Shown piece after piece: positions 29,271-45,132 of a DNA stretch of 64,000 nucleotides. The translations under genes were made by a program, and so were the position numbers. The DNA comes from the human T2T-CHM13v2.0 reference genome, Homo sapiens. Positions within the stretch are counted from its first letter, which is position 1. The number at the start of each line of letters is the position of its first letter. The stretch lies in assembly GCF_009914755.1 (NCBI RefSeq), contig NC_060930.1, one strand, 5' to 3'. Under the pieces are notes generated by a model. That model made no database searches and was not told the DNA's origin. It worked only from the letters and a program-made list of their open reading frames with translations.

Positions 29271-29585
29271 TTTTTTTTTTTTTGAGAGAGAGAGTCTCAC
29301 TCTGTTGCTCAGGCTGGAGTACAGTGGCGTGATCTTGGCCCACTGCAACTTCCACCTCCCCTGCTCAAATGATTCTCCTGCCTCAGCCTCCTGAGTAGCT
29401 GGGACTATAGGTGCATGCCACCACACCAGGCTAATTTTTTTGTATTTTAGTAGAAACAGGGTTTTTTTGTATTTTAGTAGACCAGTGTTGGCCAGGCTGG
29501 CCTCGAACTACTGACCTCAGGTGATCTGCCCCAGCTCAGCCTCCCAAAGTGCTGGGATTACAGGCATGAGCCATGGCCCCCAGCC
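29271..29585 (-). mobile_element. AluS with internal duplication of the linker
   Basis: tttttttgtattttagtaga occurs twice (29435, 29462); TSD cagaaa(cc/t)c(a/t)aatct-like. Confidence 0.92.
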
Positions 29586-30600
29586 CAGAAATCCTAATCT
29601 AAGAGCACAGCGAAAATGAGCTTCAAAGAATAATTTGCTTGCTGCATTTGACATTTATTGGCTCAGTCACAAATGTGGGTGTTGACACCCCAGGTTAAAG
29701 CAAATAATTTTTAAACATCTACTTACATAGAATTTTCATATAGATTATGAAATTGAAGCCACAAACGGTTCAGTAAAATGAGTAACATTTCCTAAATATA
29801 TCAGAGTCTCAGTTGTGACTAGAAGTTTTCATTCAAACTCAGGTATTCTGACTCTAAATCGTGTTTGGAGTTTTAGTTATGCTATGTCTCTGGGAAATAG
29901 CTGTATATTAATTATTTAGGTCAAGTCAAAAAATTTGGATGACCCATAGTAAGGGCTATTCTTAAGAGATTGGTGCAATAAGCTTCTGCAGAAATTAAAG
30001 TTTGCTTTGCAACAGAAATTGCTCATAATTTTGTAAATCAAGTTAACTGAGCCATTTGGATAATGTTAAAAACTATTTACCTAAACATGTTTTAAAATTT
30101 CCTGGAATTCAAGTATTCAAATAACTACACTGTGGTAAACACATGAACGTAATTTTTGCTACAGAGTTTATTTTGGCCAGAAGCCATCAGATTAGTTAAT
30201 TAGTGGAAGGATGACGTAGTCCTTGGAGAGAAAGTATTTAAATATGACATTTGAAAAACCTTTTTAAACATTAATGGTAAGTTTTAAAAATATTTAGAGA
30301 GAAAAATTATAGGGCTGTAACACTGGGGAAGTTGCAGAAGTTTGATCTGTTCTAGTACAAAATAATTATCATGTAATTCTTTTAATTCATCCAGCTTTCA
30401 AATAAACTAATCAGTATGACAAAAACACAGGGAATTTGATAAATATAAAGTCTCAATTAGGGGCAAAAGAATTTATTTTGATGGCATTTTTATTTGTACT
30501 GCTTGTTCTAATGAAGATAATCTTCATATTTCTTGAAACTTTGCAGTTTTGATTTTGCTTCTTTGTGTTTTCTACAAAATGACAATAAAAATCTTACTGA

Positions 30601-30826
30601 CAGCCTTGGGCAACAGCCAGAGACCCATCTCTTAAAAAACAAAAACAAAAACAAAAACAAAAAACAAAATTGGCCAGATGTGGTGGCACATGCCTGTGGA
30701 GGCTGAGGTGGGAGGATGGCTTGAGCCCAGGAGGTCGGGGCTGCAGTGAGCCAAGATTGCACCACTGCACTCAGCCTGGGAGACAGAGTGAGACTGTCTC
30801 AAAAACAAAAACAAACAAAACCAAAC
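30601..30826 (+). mobile_element. AluJ, 5'-truncated, with (AAAAAC)n linker
   Basis: gaggatggcttgagcccaggagg is J-type; cttactga on both flanks. Confidence 0.85.
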
Positions 30827-30988
30827 CACACCTTACTGAAACTTTCTCAATGGTTTTTTTTTTTTTTCAGCCAATCATTGGTAGTTGAAAACATCACTGT
30901 AACAATTGAGTGAAAATAAAATAATGCACTTGAAAGCCCCTGGCACATAGTAGAGCCTCAATAATCACTTGGTAAATTCTTCACAGCA

Positions 30989-31302
<314 letters not shown>

Positions 31303-34300
31303 CATTCTTCACGGAGCTGGAAATGTATGGGGGAAAATCATTTATTTGGAAATATTACTTTTAAAAATCTTAAAATTTATTTAGTTTCAAACTTTGAAGA
31401 AACATATATGTGGTCCTTATGCATCTGAAGACTACTTGGAATGACATGGTATTTTCCCACTGCAAGTAGTTCACGTGCCAGTGATAAACTGCAAGCATTG
31501 TTTATTTTGTCTTCATTAGTGAGAGCTCACAAGAGACCCAGTTTTCCTAGCCTGAGGAAGAGTCAGTTTTGATTAACTTGCAATATTTACTTCAATTTCA
31601 GTTGATAGCTATCTAGAATTAAGACACCACACGAGTTCTCTTTGTTTCTAAATTCACATAGAGGCCATAACTAGATTGCACAGGTGCTCCACTTTGCCAT
31701 ACAAAAATGTTACATATTTCTATTGTGTAGAGACCTTCTTAGTCTAGTTATTATACTTTGCTCCATCATTGAAACCTGAGAAAGTCTATATTTATGTGAA
31801 AAACGATAATTGATAACTAGTTTACTCATTGTCTTAACGTTTTTAGCAAAAACCATGTTGGTTTTCATTTGAGAAGTCTGTTTAAAATACAAATAAGCAT
31901 GCTCAAATGTGTATTGAGAAGAGAAATAATTCTTATTGAACAGAAAAGGAATCACAGCAACTTTTTTTCTTTTTGCTTCTATGATTGATTTATAACTGTG
32001 ATAAAAATCTTTGGCTTCTGAGTTTTTCCAGCTGTATCAAATGAATAATCGTGATTAACATCTAAAAAGCTTTAGGATTTCTGCAGATTTCTTAATTTAA
32101 AATATATTAACAGGGTGTTGGACAATCAAAAATATTTTTCCCTTTGATTTTAATCCTGTAACAGCTTTATATATTATACTTAAATGTCTCTTTGTAGCAA
32201 CTCTATCCACCCACCCATAATTGTACTAGACACAAAGAGGAAATAGAGGGAAAAAATTCTCAAGAAATTCAGAGACATCAGACATTAAAAATTAGAGATC
32301 ATAACTTGGTACAAAAGAAAGCACACTAAATGTGAATCCCAGCCTGGGTTTTCTCCTTACTACTTATGTCGTGACAGAGGTGAACTTCTGACACTCAGCT
32401 ACCTTGTCTAAGAGGAAAGTGGTAATATTGATCCCACCTGCAAGATTTTAATAAGGACCAACTGAAAAATGTGCGTGAGCCCTTTGTAAACTGTTAAGAG
32501 TTTACACATGTTGACTATTCCATGTTAAGTGCACTGTGTGGTGTAGACTCCATGTTAGTTTCACTCAATTTTAAAACATTCCATCTAGAGATTCTGATTT
32601 GAAGAAGGGTAAAGGGCAAGAGAGGCTGATTTTCACTGCCTCAAGAAGAATGATTTGTTTGCTTAGCCCTAACAACAAATAGTTTATTTTGAAATTTTAA
32701 AATATATCATAATATCCTTTTCAAATTACACCTCAGATTCTGATGTGTTCCCCTCCCCCATCCTTATCCCCCTGTGACTATCTGTTCAAATGCAGTAAAC
32801 AGCTCTTCAAAAGCTTACTCAGAGACAGCTGCAGTTTTAGGGGCAGGCCTCCTAGAGGAAATGGCACTTAAACTGGGCACTTTAAAAGAAAGAATGGTTT
32901 TCCAGAATAAGTCAATGGCATAAGCAAAACCAAGGAGGTAGCAAGAACAGGGTATACAGGGAAACAGCTATAAAAATATTAAGACCATTTTAAAATGTAA
33001 CCCAAAAGATAACATTTAGAAATGATTCTGTCTGAGTAGTTCAATGAAAATTTTTGTTCTTCACAAGTCCCAGCTATTTTATCTTACTCTTTTTCTTTCT
33101 GAAGAACATGATCTAATTAAATCTATTACTTTGAAGGCCAAGATAAAAGTCAAAATGATCACATATAAAGTTTTTTATAAGAATTCTATTCTTTCCTAAC
33201 AGAAGGCAGCCTTAATTTGGCTGAATGTAATGGTAATTTTTTTTCTTTTAAGAGCTTTGTGTAAGAAATAGTTATCCAGCTCATCTTTTGAAAAATGCCT
33301 CCGCCAAACTTTTAGAATAAAAGGAATATGATCCTTTTAGACATAGGCAGCAGAGGAATTCATCAAGGTGCTTCATTATTTTAGCAGTGAACCAAGAAGA
33401 TGTACATCGACAGTGTTTATTTTCAAGATGATAGAAAGGAAAGGACAACGAGACGTTTTCCTTTACTACTTTCTGTAACACAAATTTGTCATTTTTCCAG
33501 GCTTGATGAGATGGACAAAGCCTTTCTAGTGACATTTGGGATAAAAACTATTACCACACATGTGGATGGTATCTGTTAAATCTCTACATTCAATATAAAT
33601 GCTACATGTGTTCCTCCTCCTCTCTGGAAGATTCTAGGAGTGCTGGCAAGAGGAGGCTGCTGAATGGAGTCCAGAACCGAGCTCATCAACTCTCCTAAGT
33701 CAAAACAATGCCTGAATGATGAGTCCCCAGGCAGATTTCAGGAATGTAGAACATTCATTGAGTTTGCATATTGTACTAGGAGCCTCTTGTTTGCTTTGCA
33801 GGTTACACCAAAGCCAAGAGCATCCTGGAGAGCCAGCAACTCTTGGGTCCTAACACAGCTCTTCAAGAAGTACTCTTCCATGTATCCACTCACAAATGCA
33901 CATCAGATTCCCACTGTGTGAAGTACATTGTGCTGGGGGCTGGGGAAGACAAATGAGTTTAAACACACAAATCCTTGTTCTAGAGGAGAGTTTTATTTGT
34001 AGGGGAGACACCCATACTTACAAATAGATAGAATGAAAGTAAAAGAAAAATCAATGACACGAGACACATTCATTTTCTCTTTCAACAAATTTTATCAATC
34101 ATTGTCTGCCAGACACTGTTTGCCTTGCTAAGGAGTTGAGACTTCATCCTGTGGGCACTGGAAGCCATTAAAATGTTTAAACAGGGACTAGCATGTAAAG
34201 ATTGTGCTTTGGAAGGGCATGTCTCTTGTAAAGAAGATTAGAGTCAAAGCAACCAAATAAAAGTTGTTTCAGTAATCAAGGCAAGAGACAATAAGTCTGA

Positions 34301-34756
34301 GGAGTAGAAGTAAAGAGAAGCCAGTAAGATTAAGTAAGTACCACTGGAGAATGTTGCCATTAATTAGATGCGAGAAGGGGGAAGAGGAGGGAAAACCCCT
34401 GCTGTAGGAACTTCACGGAAGGATGTGAGCCTATGTTTGCAGGAGATCTGGACATAGCATTGGCAGATAAAACTGGTATCTTAGTTCCAGTTAAGGCAAG
34501 AAGTGAAGAGAGCTTAAGGATCTTAAGTTTAAGAATTTTAACTTCTTAAGTTTAAGAACTTCCAGTGAGAAGCTTAGGAGAGTTTCCTTACTGTAAAATT
34601 AGGCAATGTTACCACAACAGCTCATGAGCCATTAGTGAGTCAAGACATCAATTTAGTAGGTTTTGACCTGCATCATTTTCAATTTTTAAAGCAGCTTTGT
34701 TGAGGCAAAATTTCCACACCATAACAATCACCCATGGTAAGTGTACAATTCAGTGA

Positions 34757-35190
<434 letters not shown>

Positions 35191-35840
35191 CTGGATATTT
35201 TAAATAAATAGAAACATACAATTTTGCAGTCTTTCATGCATGGCTTCTTCCACTTCTTTCACTGGTGTTTTTGAGGTCCATCCATGTTAACTGTGTATCA
35301 ATATGTTCTTTTTATTGCTGAATAGCCCATTGTATGGATATACTGCATTATGTTATCCAACCACCAACTGACAGACATTTGGATTGTTCCCAGTTTGAGG
35401 TTAATAGAAACAATGCCGCTATGAACGTCTGTGTATAAGTCTTCGGGTAGAAATATATTCCTGTTCTCTTGAATATATCCTTAGGAGTGGAATTGCTGTG
35501 TCATATGAAAAGCTTATATTTAACTTTTTAAGGAACTGCTAAATTATTTTCCAAGTGGTTGTACCATTTTACATTTCCACACGCAATGTATGATTGTTTT
35601 AGTTGCTTCACATCCTTCAGTTGGTATTGTTAGTCTTTCTGATTACAGTTTTTCTAGTGGGTGTGTATGTAGTGGTATCTCATTGTAGTCCTAATTTCCC
35701 TCATGACTGATGTGGTTGAGCACATTTTCACGTGCTCAGTGATCATTCACATATGGTCAAATCTTTTGTGCATTTTGTAATTGGGTTCTTAATCTGATTA
35801 TTGAACTATGAGAGTCCCTGATATATTTCTTTATCAGACA

Positions 35841-36246
35841 TGTTTTTTAAAAATGTAACAAAATTAAATTTAACAGTTTAATTGGGCAAAGAACGATTTG
35901 CGAATTGGACAGTCTCCTGAGCCAGGGTAGGCTCAGAGACTCCAGCACAGACACATGGTGGAAGAAGATTTATGGACAGAGAAAGGAAAGCAAGGTACAG
36001 AAAACAGAAGTTAGGTACAGAAACAGCTGGATTGGTTACAGCTCCGTCTTTGCCTTATTTGAACACAGTTTGAACAGCTGGCCACCTTTGATTGGCCAAA
36101 ACTCAGTGATTGGCACAAGTGGTGGCTACAGTCTGTATACAACTCCATTCAGGCTACGATACACTATAGCTCAGGAGGTACAGAGAAACCCTTAGGCCAA
36201 ACTTAAAATATGAAGGAGGCAGCTTTAGGCTAAATTTGATTTAACA
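35841..36246 (-). mobile_element. MER57B-like solo LTR
   Basis: ...gaggcagctttaggctaaatttgatttaaca is the reverse complement of the MER57B start; homologous to 18954-19353. Confidence 0.85.
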
Positions 36247-36317
36247 GCTACATGATTAGCGAATATTTTCTTCCAGTCTGAGCCATATCTTTTCATTTTA
36301 TTGATGATGTCTTTTGA

Positions 36318-36640
<323 letters not shown>

Positions 36641-37262
36641 AAAGCACAAACATTTTTAATTTTGATTTTGTTCAATTTATCAATTCTTTAAAGAAAATTT
36701 ATCTAAAAAAATTTCTTCCCAACTCAACGTCCCAAAGATTTACTCTTATGTTTTCTTCAAGAAGTTTTATAGTTTTCAGTTACATTTAGGTCTATAATTT
36801 GTTTTGAGTTAAATGTTGTATATGATATGAATAAGGATATAACTTCATTTTTCTTTGCATGTGGATATGCAATTGTCCCACAACCAATTTTTTTTTAAAA
36901 AAGAGAAGACACCAGAACGCATTGCACATTATTTTACTAATCTTTTATATATTCCATGTGTTTTCTGAGTTGTGAAAAAGGAAAGAATTTGTTTTGTTGG
37001 TTTGAGTTTACAACATCTTTAAAGCTTCTGCAATATGGCCTTCAGAGTGTATGGTGCAAAGAGTTGGGAAGAAAGAAAAGGAGGTAGGGAGCATTTGAGA
37101 GCTATGGTCATGAGAGAGGAAGCCCAGTGTCAGGTATTACATTGAGGACCATGACCAAGCATAGAGTAATGTGAGCTGGTGACAGTCCTGTAATGGGGGC
37201 TTCGGGCTCTGGATAAAAGCCAGCCAGAAGGGAAAGAAATCTGTTAAAGTGCAATGAAGATA

Positions 37263-37395
37263 AGCTGGGCACAGTTGCATGTACCTGTAGTCCCAGCTAC
37301 TTGGGAGGCTAAGGCAGGAGAATTTCTTGAGCTCAGGAGTTTGAGACCAACTTGGGCAATGTAGTGAGACCCCCTCTGTGCCCCAGCAAAAAAAT
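37263..37395 (+). mobile_element. FLAM_C-like Alu monomer
   Basis: Single monomer with short A tail. Confidence 0.75.
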
Positions 37396-39948
37396 CCACT
37401 GTATCATGAGAAATTAGAATACCAGGCCTATCCCTTTGTGCTGTCTTTCTTTCCCAACCGAAATAATCTGCATCAATATTTAATCCCTGTTAGTACTAGC
37501 ACAGTCTTCACAAAGTTAAGCTAAGGTAATGGCACTCTCATGTAGGAACTGTAAGTACTCCAGTTATAATTTAAATTATTTTCTAAAAGTTAATGTCAAG
37601 CATGGAGCCAAAAAACAAACAAACAAACAAACAAAAAACAGAAGTGCATGCAGGTGCATGCATTCTTACAGTTCACAAATACATTTTTAAAAAAATCCCC
37701 ATTTGACAACTATAGCAAATACAGAAATCTGCCATTACCTTGCTTTTTAACCTTGACAAGAGATAATTTCCCAGATCTTGATTGCCTTACCTGTAAATTA
37801 AGAAATTTGGGCCAGTCTAACTTTCTTTTGCTACAGTAGAAGCATGACTATTTTAGGCATTCCCACAGACATCTTCCATGTCAATTATATTCTCTAATAC
37901 AAGTTAATGTCCAAGAGCAATGGATAAATCCATCTACTGGACAGAAAAGTGTGATTATAAGAAAAATGACCGTTTATACACATCTATAAGAAATATACCT
38001 TTCCTCTTAAACTTTTAAATTCTCAAACACATTAAATATATTGTATTTTCTTTTGCAATTAATTTATGGGCCATATATTACACTTAAAGCACTGCCTTGG
38101 GTCCTGTAATGGGCATGAACACCTGAAAATGGTCATCTTTGATCTAATCAGAGAGAAAAAACAGGAACACAAATAAGTACTAGACAGCACGTGCCATCAA
38201 TAGAGCAGGGTAGTCATAGATAATAGCTACTATAAAGTGTAAGGGATGGAAGAATCATTTCCAAATGTGATGAACAAGACCCCAGATGGCAGGATCTGAG
38301 AAGTCTTTTGCATCCGAGTAAGCACCTGCTCCCAAGAATGACGTAGACTATCTGAAGGTTAGATCGACCTGGCAGAAGAACAGCAACATTACTTGTGTCG
38401 GTGTGACCCCATGAACCAAAACAGATCTAACTTTAGGTCCATAGCCTTTGACAGTGATCCTCAGAATGTTTCAGGGCGTTTTCTGTAAATGACCCTGCTT
38501 TTGGCATAGCATCTGTTGCCTAGTATTTTCTTTTTCAGCTGTTAGTTTAGACTCAGAGCTACATCATAGAAGTACAGGAACTACATGCAGAGGTTTAAAA
38601 ATATTTACTGTAAATTGGAATAAAACTTAGGAAATAGATGGTATTTTCATATGCCATTTTAAATATCACATTTCCTCCTTTTAAAGCTGGCATAAATCAT
38701 AACTTACTTGAATATCTTTAAAGAATAAGACATAGCTTTCTCCTAACTTATTTTCAGCCTGAAAAAACAATGTTTTTTCCTAAATCCAACTCGGAAAGGA
38801 GGTAGGGACAACTTATAACAAGCATATGTATGAACTTACGTAAGTATTCACAGTATATGGTAGGCAATAGTGCTGTCGTGAGAGGCCAGGACTTGGAGTG
38901 AATGTCTAGTTCTGCCATTAACTAATTGTGAAGCCTTAAATGAATTTCTTTATTTTACTAAACTTGAGTTGTCTCAGCCATAAAATCAGGTTGAAATAAA
39001 TGATTTCTAAATCCCTTTCCAGTTCTAATAATTTCTGTCTATACTTATATTTTTATTTTGTATAATGGCAAATACCCAAGCTTTTATAAATTTATATTTA
39101 CTCTGCAGTGCAAATACTGAGAAATTACCTTAAATGGAAGCAGATCAACCTGGGAGGACAGCCTGCATAAATAGATATGTGAAATAATATGTGTGTTTTT
39201 GCCTGGCAGAGCTGAAAACCGAAGTTCAGTGACTCTCTTTTGGCCCTTGTATCAGCATCGGTATTAATCAAATGGTTGGATTAGCTCTAAACCCTTTGCA
39301 AATCAACCTAACTGATTTGCAAATGTGGAAAATTTGAGGAAGCAGTTGCTTGGGATTTAGTCTGAGAATTGTAAATGGAATACGAGTTAATTGCTCAATA
39401 ATACAAAAATAATTTATCTCACAATAATAGAGTGAAAAATCTAGGCAATTAAAAAGCAAACTGAACCCACAAAACACAAGAGTGGCATTGAGTGGGAGAC
39501 AAAGTTCTTTAACCTAGGATATTTTCCTGGGTGTCCTGAAACCATCCCACGGGCAGCTGTCTCCTCTGCCTACATGCAAGGCTGATCCTATTTGTAGGTT
39601 TCAAAAGAAGCAACACAAATGTTTCATCAATGTTTTTAGCCCTGGATAGGCCTGTGCTAAGAGATTATTTTACCATGAGTCCTAGCTGAGAAAATGTTCC
39701 TAATTTAGAAGAGAGATTCTAGGACACAGTGCCTAAGGAAAACAGGTATCCCCACAGCAACTGCATCTGAACATGGCACCAGATTCCTGAGGATTGGTTT
39801 GCTTTAAGTGATATCTGGAGCACCCCAGACTGAGAAGATCCATCAAGGGAAACTGCCCAAGCAGATGTGCTACTCAGGTTACTGAGTTTGTGCTGACCCA
39901 GAGGCAGGAAGGAAGGGGTGAGTCTTCAGGTTACTCTAGGACAAGGGC

Positions 39949-40312
39949 TGTGTTAGTCTGTTCTCACAGTGCTATAAAGACCTACCTGAGACTGGGTAAT
40001 TTACAAAGAAAAGAATTTTAATTGACTCACAGTTCCAGATGGCTGGGGAGGCCTCAGGAAACTTATAATCATAGTGGAAGGGGAAGAGGCATGTCTTACA
40101 TGGCAGCAGGTGAGAGAAGAGCAAGCAAGAGCAGGGAAAACTGCCTTGTAAAACCATCAGATCTCGTGAGAACTTACTATCACGAGAACAGCATGGGGGA
40201 AAATGCCCCCACGATCCAATCACCTCCCTCCACGTCTCTCCCTAGACACACGGGGATTATAGGGATTATCATTCAAGATGAGATTTGGGTGGGGACATAC
40301 CAAACCATATCA
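39949..40312 (-). mobile_element. THE1 (C/D-like) MaLR solo LTR
   Basis: tgtgttagtctgttctcac...caaaccatatca, 364 bp. Confidence 0.88.
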
Positions 40313-40722
40313 CGGACCATTACCAGTTCTGATGGCAATGGACCATCTTCATTTCCCCAAATCTACTGGTTGATGATTTGGTTTGGGGAGTGGGCAGTGA
40401 AGCCAAGAGTACAAGTCATTCAGTGGAGAAGGTTGTAAAAGACAAGGCCCAGCGGAGTAAAGAGTTTTAGATACAGCAGAGATGAAGGATATGCTGGTGG
40501 ACAGAACACGGACTTTGAAGCCAATCAGACCCAGGTGTTCATCTTGACTCTTCCACTTTGTTACTGCCTGTCTCTGTGTTTCTGATTCCTCATCTGTAAA
40601 TCAGAAATAATAACTCCTACCTCATAAGGCTTTGTGAGGATGACATAATGTTTGCAAATTGCCTCAAATACAAAGTGGTTTCAAAAAAATGTTCTTTTCC
40701 ACTCTTCACTGCCTCCAGCACC

Positions 40723-41099
40723 CTTATGGGCTGAATTGTGTCTCCGTACTCACAATTTGTATGTTGAAGTCCTAACCCCCAGTATTTCAGAATGTGACTA
40801 TATTTGGAGATTGGGTCTTTAAGTTAAAACGAGATCATTAGAATGAGCCCAATTCCAATATGACAGGTATCCTTATAAGGAGAGGAGATTAGGACACAAA
40901 CACACAGAGAGAAGACCAAGTGAAGACACAGGGGGAAGATGGTCATCTGCGAGCCAAGGAGAGAGGCCTCAGCAGAAACCAACCCTGCTGACACCTTCAT
41001 CTTGGACACATAGCTTTCAGAATTTTGAGAAAATAAATGTCTGTTGTTTAAGCCAGTCAGTCTGTGGCACTTTGTTATGGAAGCTCTAGAAAACTAACA
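40723..41099 (+). mobile_element. MLT1B-like MaLR solo LTR
   Basis: ttatgggctgaattgtgtctcc...tatgttgaagtcctaacccccag...gaaaactaacac. Confidence 0.82.
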
Positions 41100-42000
41100 C
41101 GGGGGCCAAATCCTATCCCACCTCCAGCAGAAGGGCATATGGCAAAATCTGGCCACTGCAAGGAGAGAAATCTAACATTCAGAAGCAGCTATAGCTGGAA
41201 GGTAACTTATTTTTAGGGAAATCTAAGCTTATGAAAACTATCTGGGGTGTACTATGTGAAGAAAAAACAAATATTGTGAATGCAAAGTTAGTCTACAGGA
41301 TCCTAGCAGGATGTAAATCGCTAATAAAGCATAAATTTTCCTTATGAATAAGATAAAATAAAAATTTTAGCAGTAGGTGTGGTTAAACCATTTATACATA
41401 AAACTAAACATTATTAGAATTACATGCTGAAGAGGCCAAAGTACTTAGTTATTGTCACTATTATCATAATAATGACTTAATAGTGATAAGAAAAATCTTA
41501 ACTTAAAAATCTGGGTGTTTTGGTTTAATAGGGTACTTCAATTTGAACACTAAGTAGACACGATTAGTTAACTGGGGGCCTTTTTCTCCAAGTCTAACTC
41601 ATTGAAAACTCTCATTAATCTTATTGACTGCTTCCTGGAAGGAAGGCAGGTGAATAGGACACACAGGGAATGGCTTTCAAAGAACTATCTTCCCATCAAA
41701 GACACTTCAGTATTAGATAATAAAATGCCTTAAAATACTTTTTTAAGGCTCCAAAAAACCAGTAATGAGCTCTGGAGGCCTGTGTGCTCTCTTGCTCATT
41801 AGGCTGAGTAGATATTGTTATAAAAATTGAAGCCCATTTTATCTCAGTGGTTGTAAAGTAAGACTGGAATGTAAATTCACTTCTCAATGAACACAGATTG
41901 CCTTCCAAAGAATGCCACTACCATTGCCTCTTGCCTGAATTTAGAAGAATATGAATCATTGAGATTGAATAGACGTTAGTAGTTTGCTATATTTGCTTCA

Positions 42001-42052
42001 GAAAGAAGGAAGAATAAGAAAGGAAAAGAAGGGAGAAGAGGAAAGAGAGAAA

Positions 42053-42109
<57 letters not shown>

Positions 42110-42131
42110 AAAGAAAAGAAAAGAAAAGAAA
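42001..42131. repeat. GA-rich/(GAAA)n simple repeat
   Basis: Direct reading. Confidence 0.95.
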
Positions 42132-44130
42132 GCAAGCACGCGCAACTTCCTGTTTCAGTTTCAATGTGTAAAGTGCTTGGGAGTCATCACTCCCATTCTC
42201 ACAATAAGAGAAAAGCTGAACAAACTGAAAATCAATGACTTTTCTTAGATCTGTCAGAGAATTGAGATCACAAGGCAAGCTACCTTCACGAAACTAGAAA
42301 GACAAACAAAATCACAGCCAAGTTCAGTTTACCAGGAGCAGAAGCTGCTGTGGTCAGTAACTAATGAAAATATTAAATGGTAATTTTGACAAATTCCAGG
42401 AGGCTGAGTGTGGTCTAGCTTAAGAGTTAAAAGCTCCTGGGTTCCAATCTTAGTGAAGCCCCTGACTTTTGTGGGTTTTACCTCCAGGAATTGCACCATG
42501 TTCTTTGATCACAGAAAAATCCCTTCCTGTTTTAGGAAGGAGGGGAAAGTAACCTTTTTGAAATATGCCCCTATTAAAGGTAGCCATTTTGAAATACACA
42601 CAGAGTGTTCACCAAAGTAGTTCTTTGAAACAACTTTACTATAGCCTTATCTGACCTGAGGAAAGGACAATTAGACAGTCCTAGCCTCCATCTTCACCTC
42701 CACCTCCCAGTTTTCTTGTATCACAAAGGAGATGGAAAAAATGGTTAAGAAAGACTTCTGAAGGTCAAGCCCAGGGATTCGGGCCCACTAAAATATTGAG
42801 ATTTAATCATAAGATTATAGAACACTTCCCTGCCCCAGCATCTTAACACCACATCCACAGGACTCTATTATGGATTATAACATGACAGTGGATTACAACT
42901 GAGAGAACTGTAAGACACAGACTCTGTTTAAGGAGTTCATAGGAAATCCAAAGACAACAGAGGAGCAAAATAAACAAGTGAACTAGAGGAAACGGAAGCC
43001 TCTGGCACCCATAGCCACAGCAAACATTAAACATGGTCAGCTCCTAGCCAGGCTAACATAGAACCTCACATTAAAAGCCTAGTGACCTCAGTTCCTATTA
43101 CCCAGTACATTATAGCTGCCTTTCATTAAAAAATTACAAGTCATGATAGAAGGTAAGAAAAAACAATCTGAAAAGGAAAGGCAAGCATCAGAATCAGACT
43201 CAGATATGACATAGATTTTTAAATATCAAATAGGGAATTTAAATATAACTAGTATGTGAAGGTCTCTAATGCAAAAAAGTAGACAACCTGCAAGAACAGC
43301 TAGATGGATAATGTAAGCAGAGAGGAAACTCATTCTATAAGGCCAATATTACCCATATGCCAAAGCCAGGTAAATGATTACAAGAAAGGAAAAAAACTGA
43401 GATATAGAAATCCTCAACGAAATGGTAGCAACTGAATCCAACATAGACCTAAATGTTAAATGCAAAAGCTATAAAACTTCTAGATGATAACAGGATAAAA
43501 TCTAGAGGACCTTGGATTTGGTGATGGATTTTTAGGTAAAACATCAAAAGTACAATGTATAGAAGAAAAAATTAATAAGTTGGACCTTATTAAAATAAAA
43601 AACTTCTACATTGTGAAAAACACTGTCATGAGAATGAGAAAACAAGCCACGGACTGGAAATAAATATTAGCAAAACACATATTTGATAAAGGACTTGTAT
43701 CCAAAATATGCAAAAAAATCTTAAAACTTAATAATAAAAAAACAAACAACCCAATTTAAAAATGGGCAGAACATTTGAACAGACACCTCACTGAAGAAGA
43801 CATACAGATAGCAAATAAGCATGTGAAAAGATGTTCACATGACTTTTTAATAAGAAAATTACAAATTAAAATGAGATATTACTACATGCTTAATAGAATG
43901 GCTAAAATCCCAAACACTGACAACATCAAATGCTGGCAAGGATGTGGAGCAGCAGGAATTCTCATTCATTGCCAATGGGACTGTATAAAGGCATGAAAAC
44001 TTTGGATGACAGTTTGGCAGTTTCTACAAAGCCAAACATAGTCTTTCCATACAATCCAGGAATCATGCTCCTTGATATTTACACAATTAAGCTGAAAATT
44101 TATGGCCACACAAAAATTTGCACAGGTATG

Positions 44131-44540
44131 TGTCAGGCCTCTGAGCCCAAGCTAAGCCATCATATCCCCTGTGACCTGCACGTACACATCCAGATGGCCG
44201 GTTCCTGCCTTAACTGATGACATTCCACCACAAAAGAAGTGAAAATGGCCTGTTCCTGCCTTAACTGATGACATTGTCTTGTGAAATTCCTTCTCCCGGC
44301 TCATCCCGGCTCAGAAGATCCCCTACTGAGCACCTTGTGACCCCCCACTCCTGCCCGCCAGAGAACAACCCCCCTTTGACTGTAATTTTCCTTTACCTAC
44401 CCAAATCTTATAAAACGGCCCCACCCCATCTCTCTTCACTGACTCTTTTTGGACTCAGCCCGCCTGCACCCAGGTGATTAAAAGCTTTATTGCTCACATA
44501 AAGCCTGTTTGGTGGTCTCTTCACACAGACGTGCATGAAA
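44131..44540 (+). promoter_or_regulatory. 5' LTR7 (410 bp)
   Basis: tgtcaggcctctgagccc...catgaaa; TATA at about 44409; ATTAAA at 44477; ACAAAAGAAG at 44230-44239. Confidence 0.95.
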
Positions 44541-44542
44541 TT

Positions 44543-44560
44543 TGGTGCCATGACTCGCAT
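44543..44560 (+). other. Primer-binding site, tRNA-His
   Basis: tggtgccatgactcgcat vs TGGTGCCGTGACTCGGAT (16/18). Confidence 0.9.
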
Positions 44561-44683
44561 TGGGGGACCTCCCTTGGGAGATCAATCCCCTGTTCTCCGG
44601 CTCTTTGCTCCCTGAGAAAGATCCACCTACGGCCTCAGGTCCTCAGACCAACCAGCCCAAGAAACATCTCACCAATTTCAAAT

Positions 44684-44692
44684 CAGGTAAGC
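44684..44692 (+). other. HERV-H major splice donor
   Basis: cag|gtaagc at the expected leader position. Confidence 0.7.
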
Positions 44693-45132
44693 GGCCTCTT
44701 CTTATTCCCTTCTCCAACGTCTCTCACTATCCCTCAACCACTTTCTCCTTTCCACTCTTCAATCTCTCCCTTCTCTTAATTTCAATTTCTTTCATTTTCT
44801 GGTAGAGATAAAGGAGACACATTTTATCCGTGGATCCAAAACTCCGGCGCCAGTCACGGACTGGGAAGGCAGCCTTCCCTTGGTGTTTAATCATTGCAGG
44901 GATGCCTCTCTGATCATTCACCCAAGTTTCAGAGGTGTCAGATCACACAGGGATGCCTGCCTTGGTCCTTCACCCTTAGCGGCAAGTCCCGCTTTTCTGG
45001 GGGAAGCAAAAGTACCCCAACCCTTTCTCTCCATGTCTCTACCCCTTCTCCACCTTTCTGGGGGGCAAGAAACCCCCAACCCCTTCTTCACCCTTAGCAG
45101 CAAGTCCCGCTTTTCTGGAGGAGGGGCCAGTA

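Noticed and set aside
40022-40438. 138-aa ORF
   Set aside because: Mostly antisense THE1 LTR sequence with a non-ATG start
41976-42278. Charged or Phe-rich low-complexity ORFs
   Set aside because: Translations of the (GAAA)n repeat
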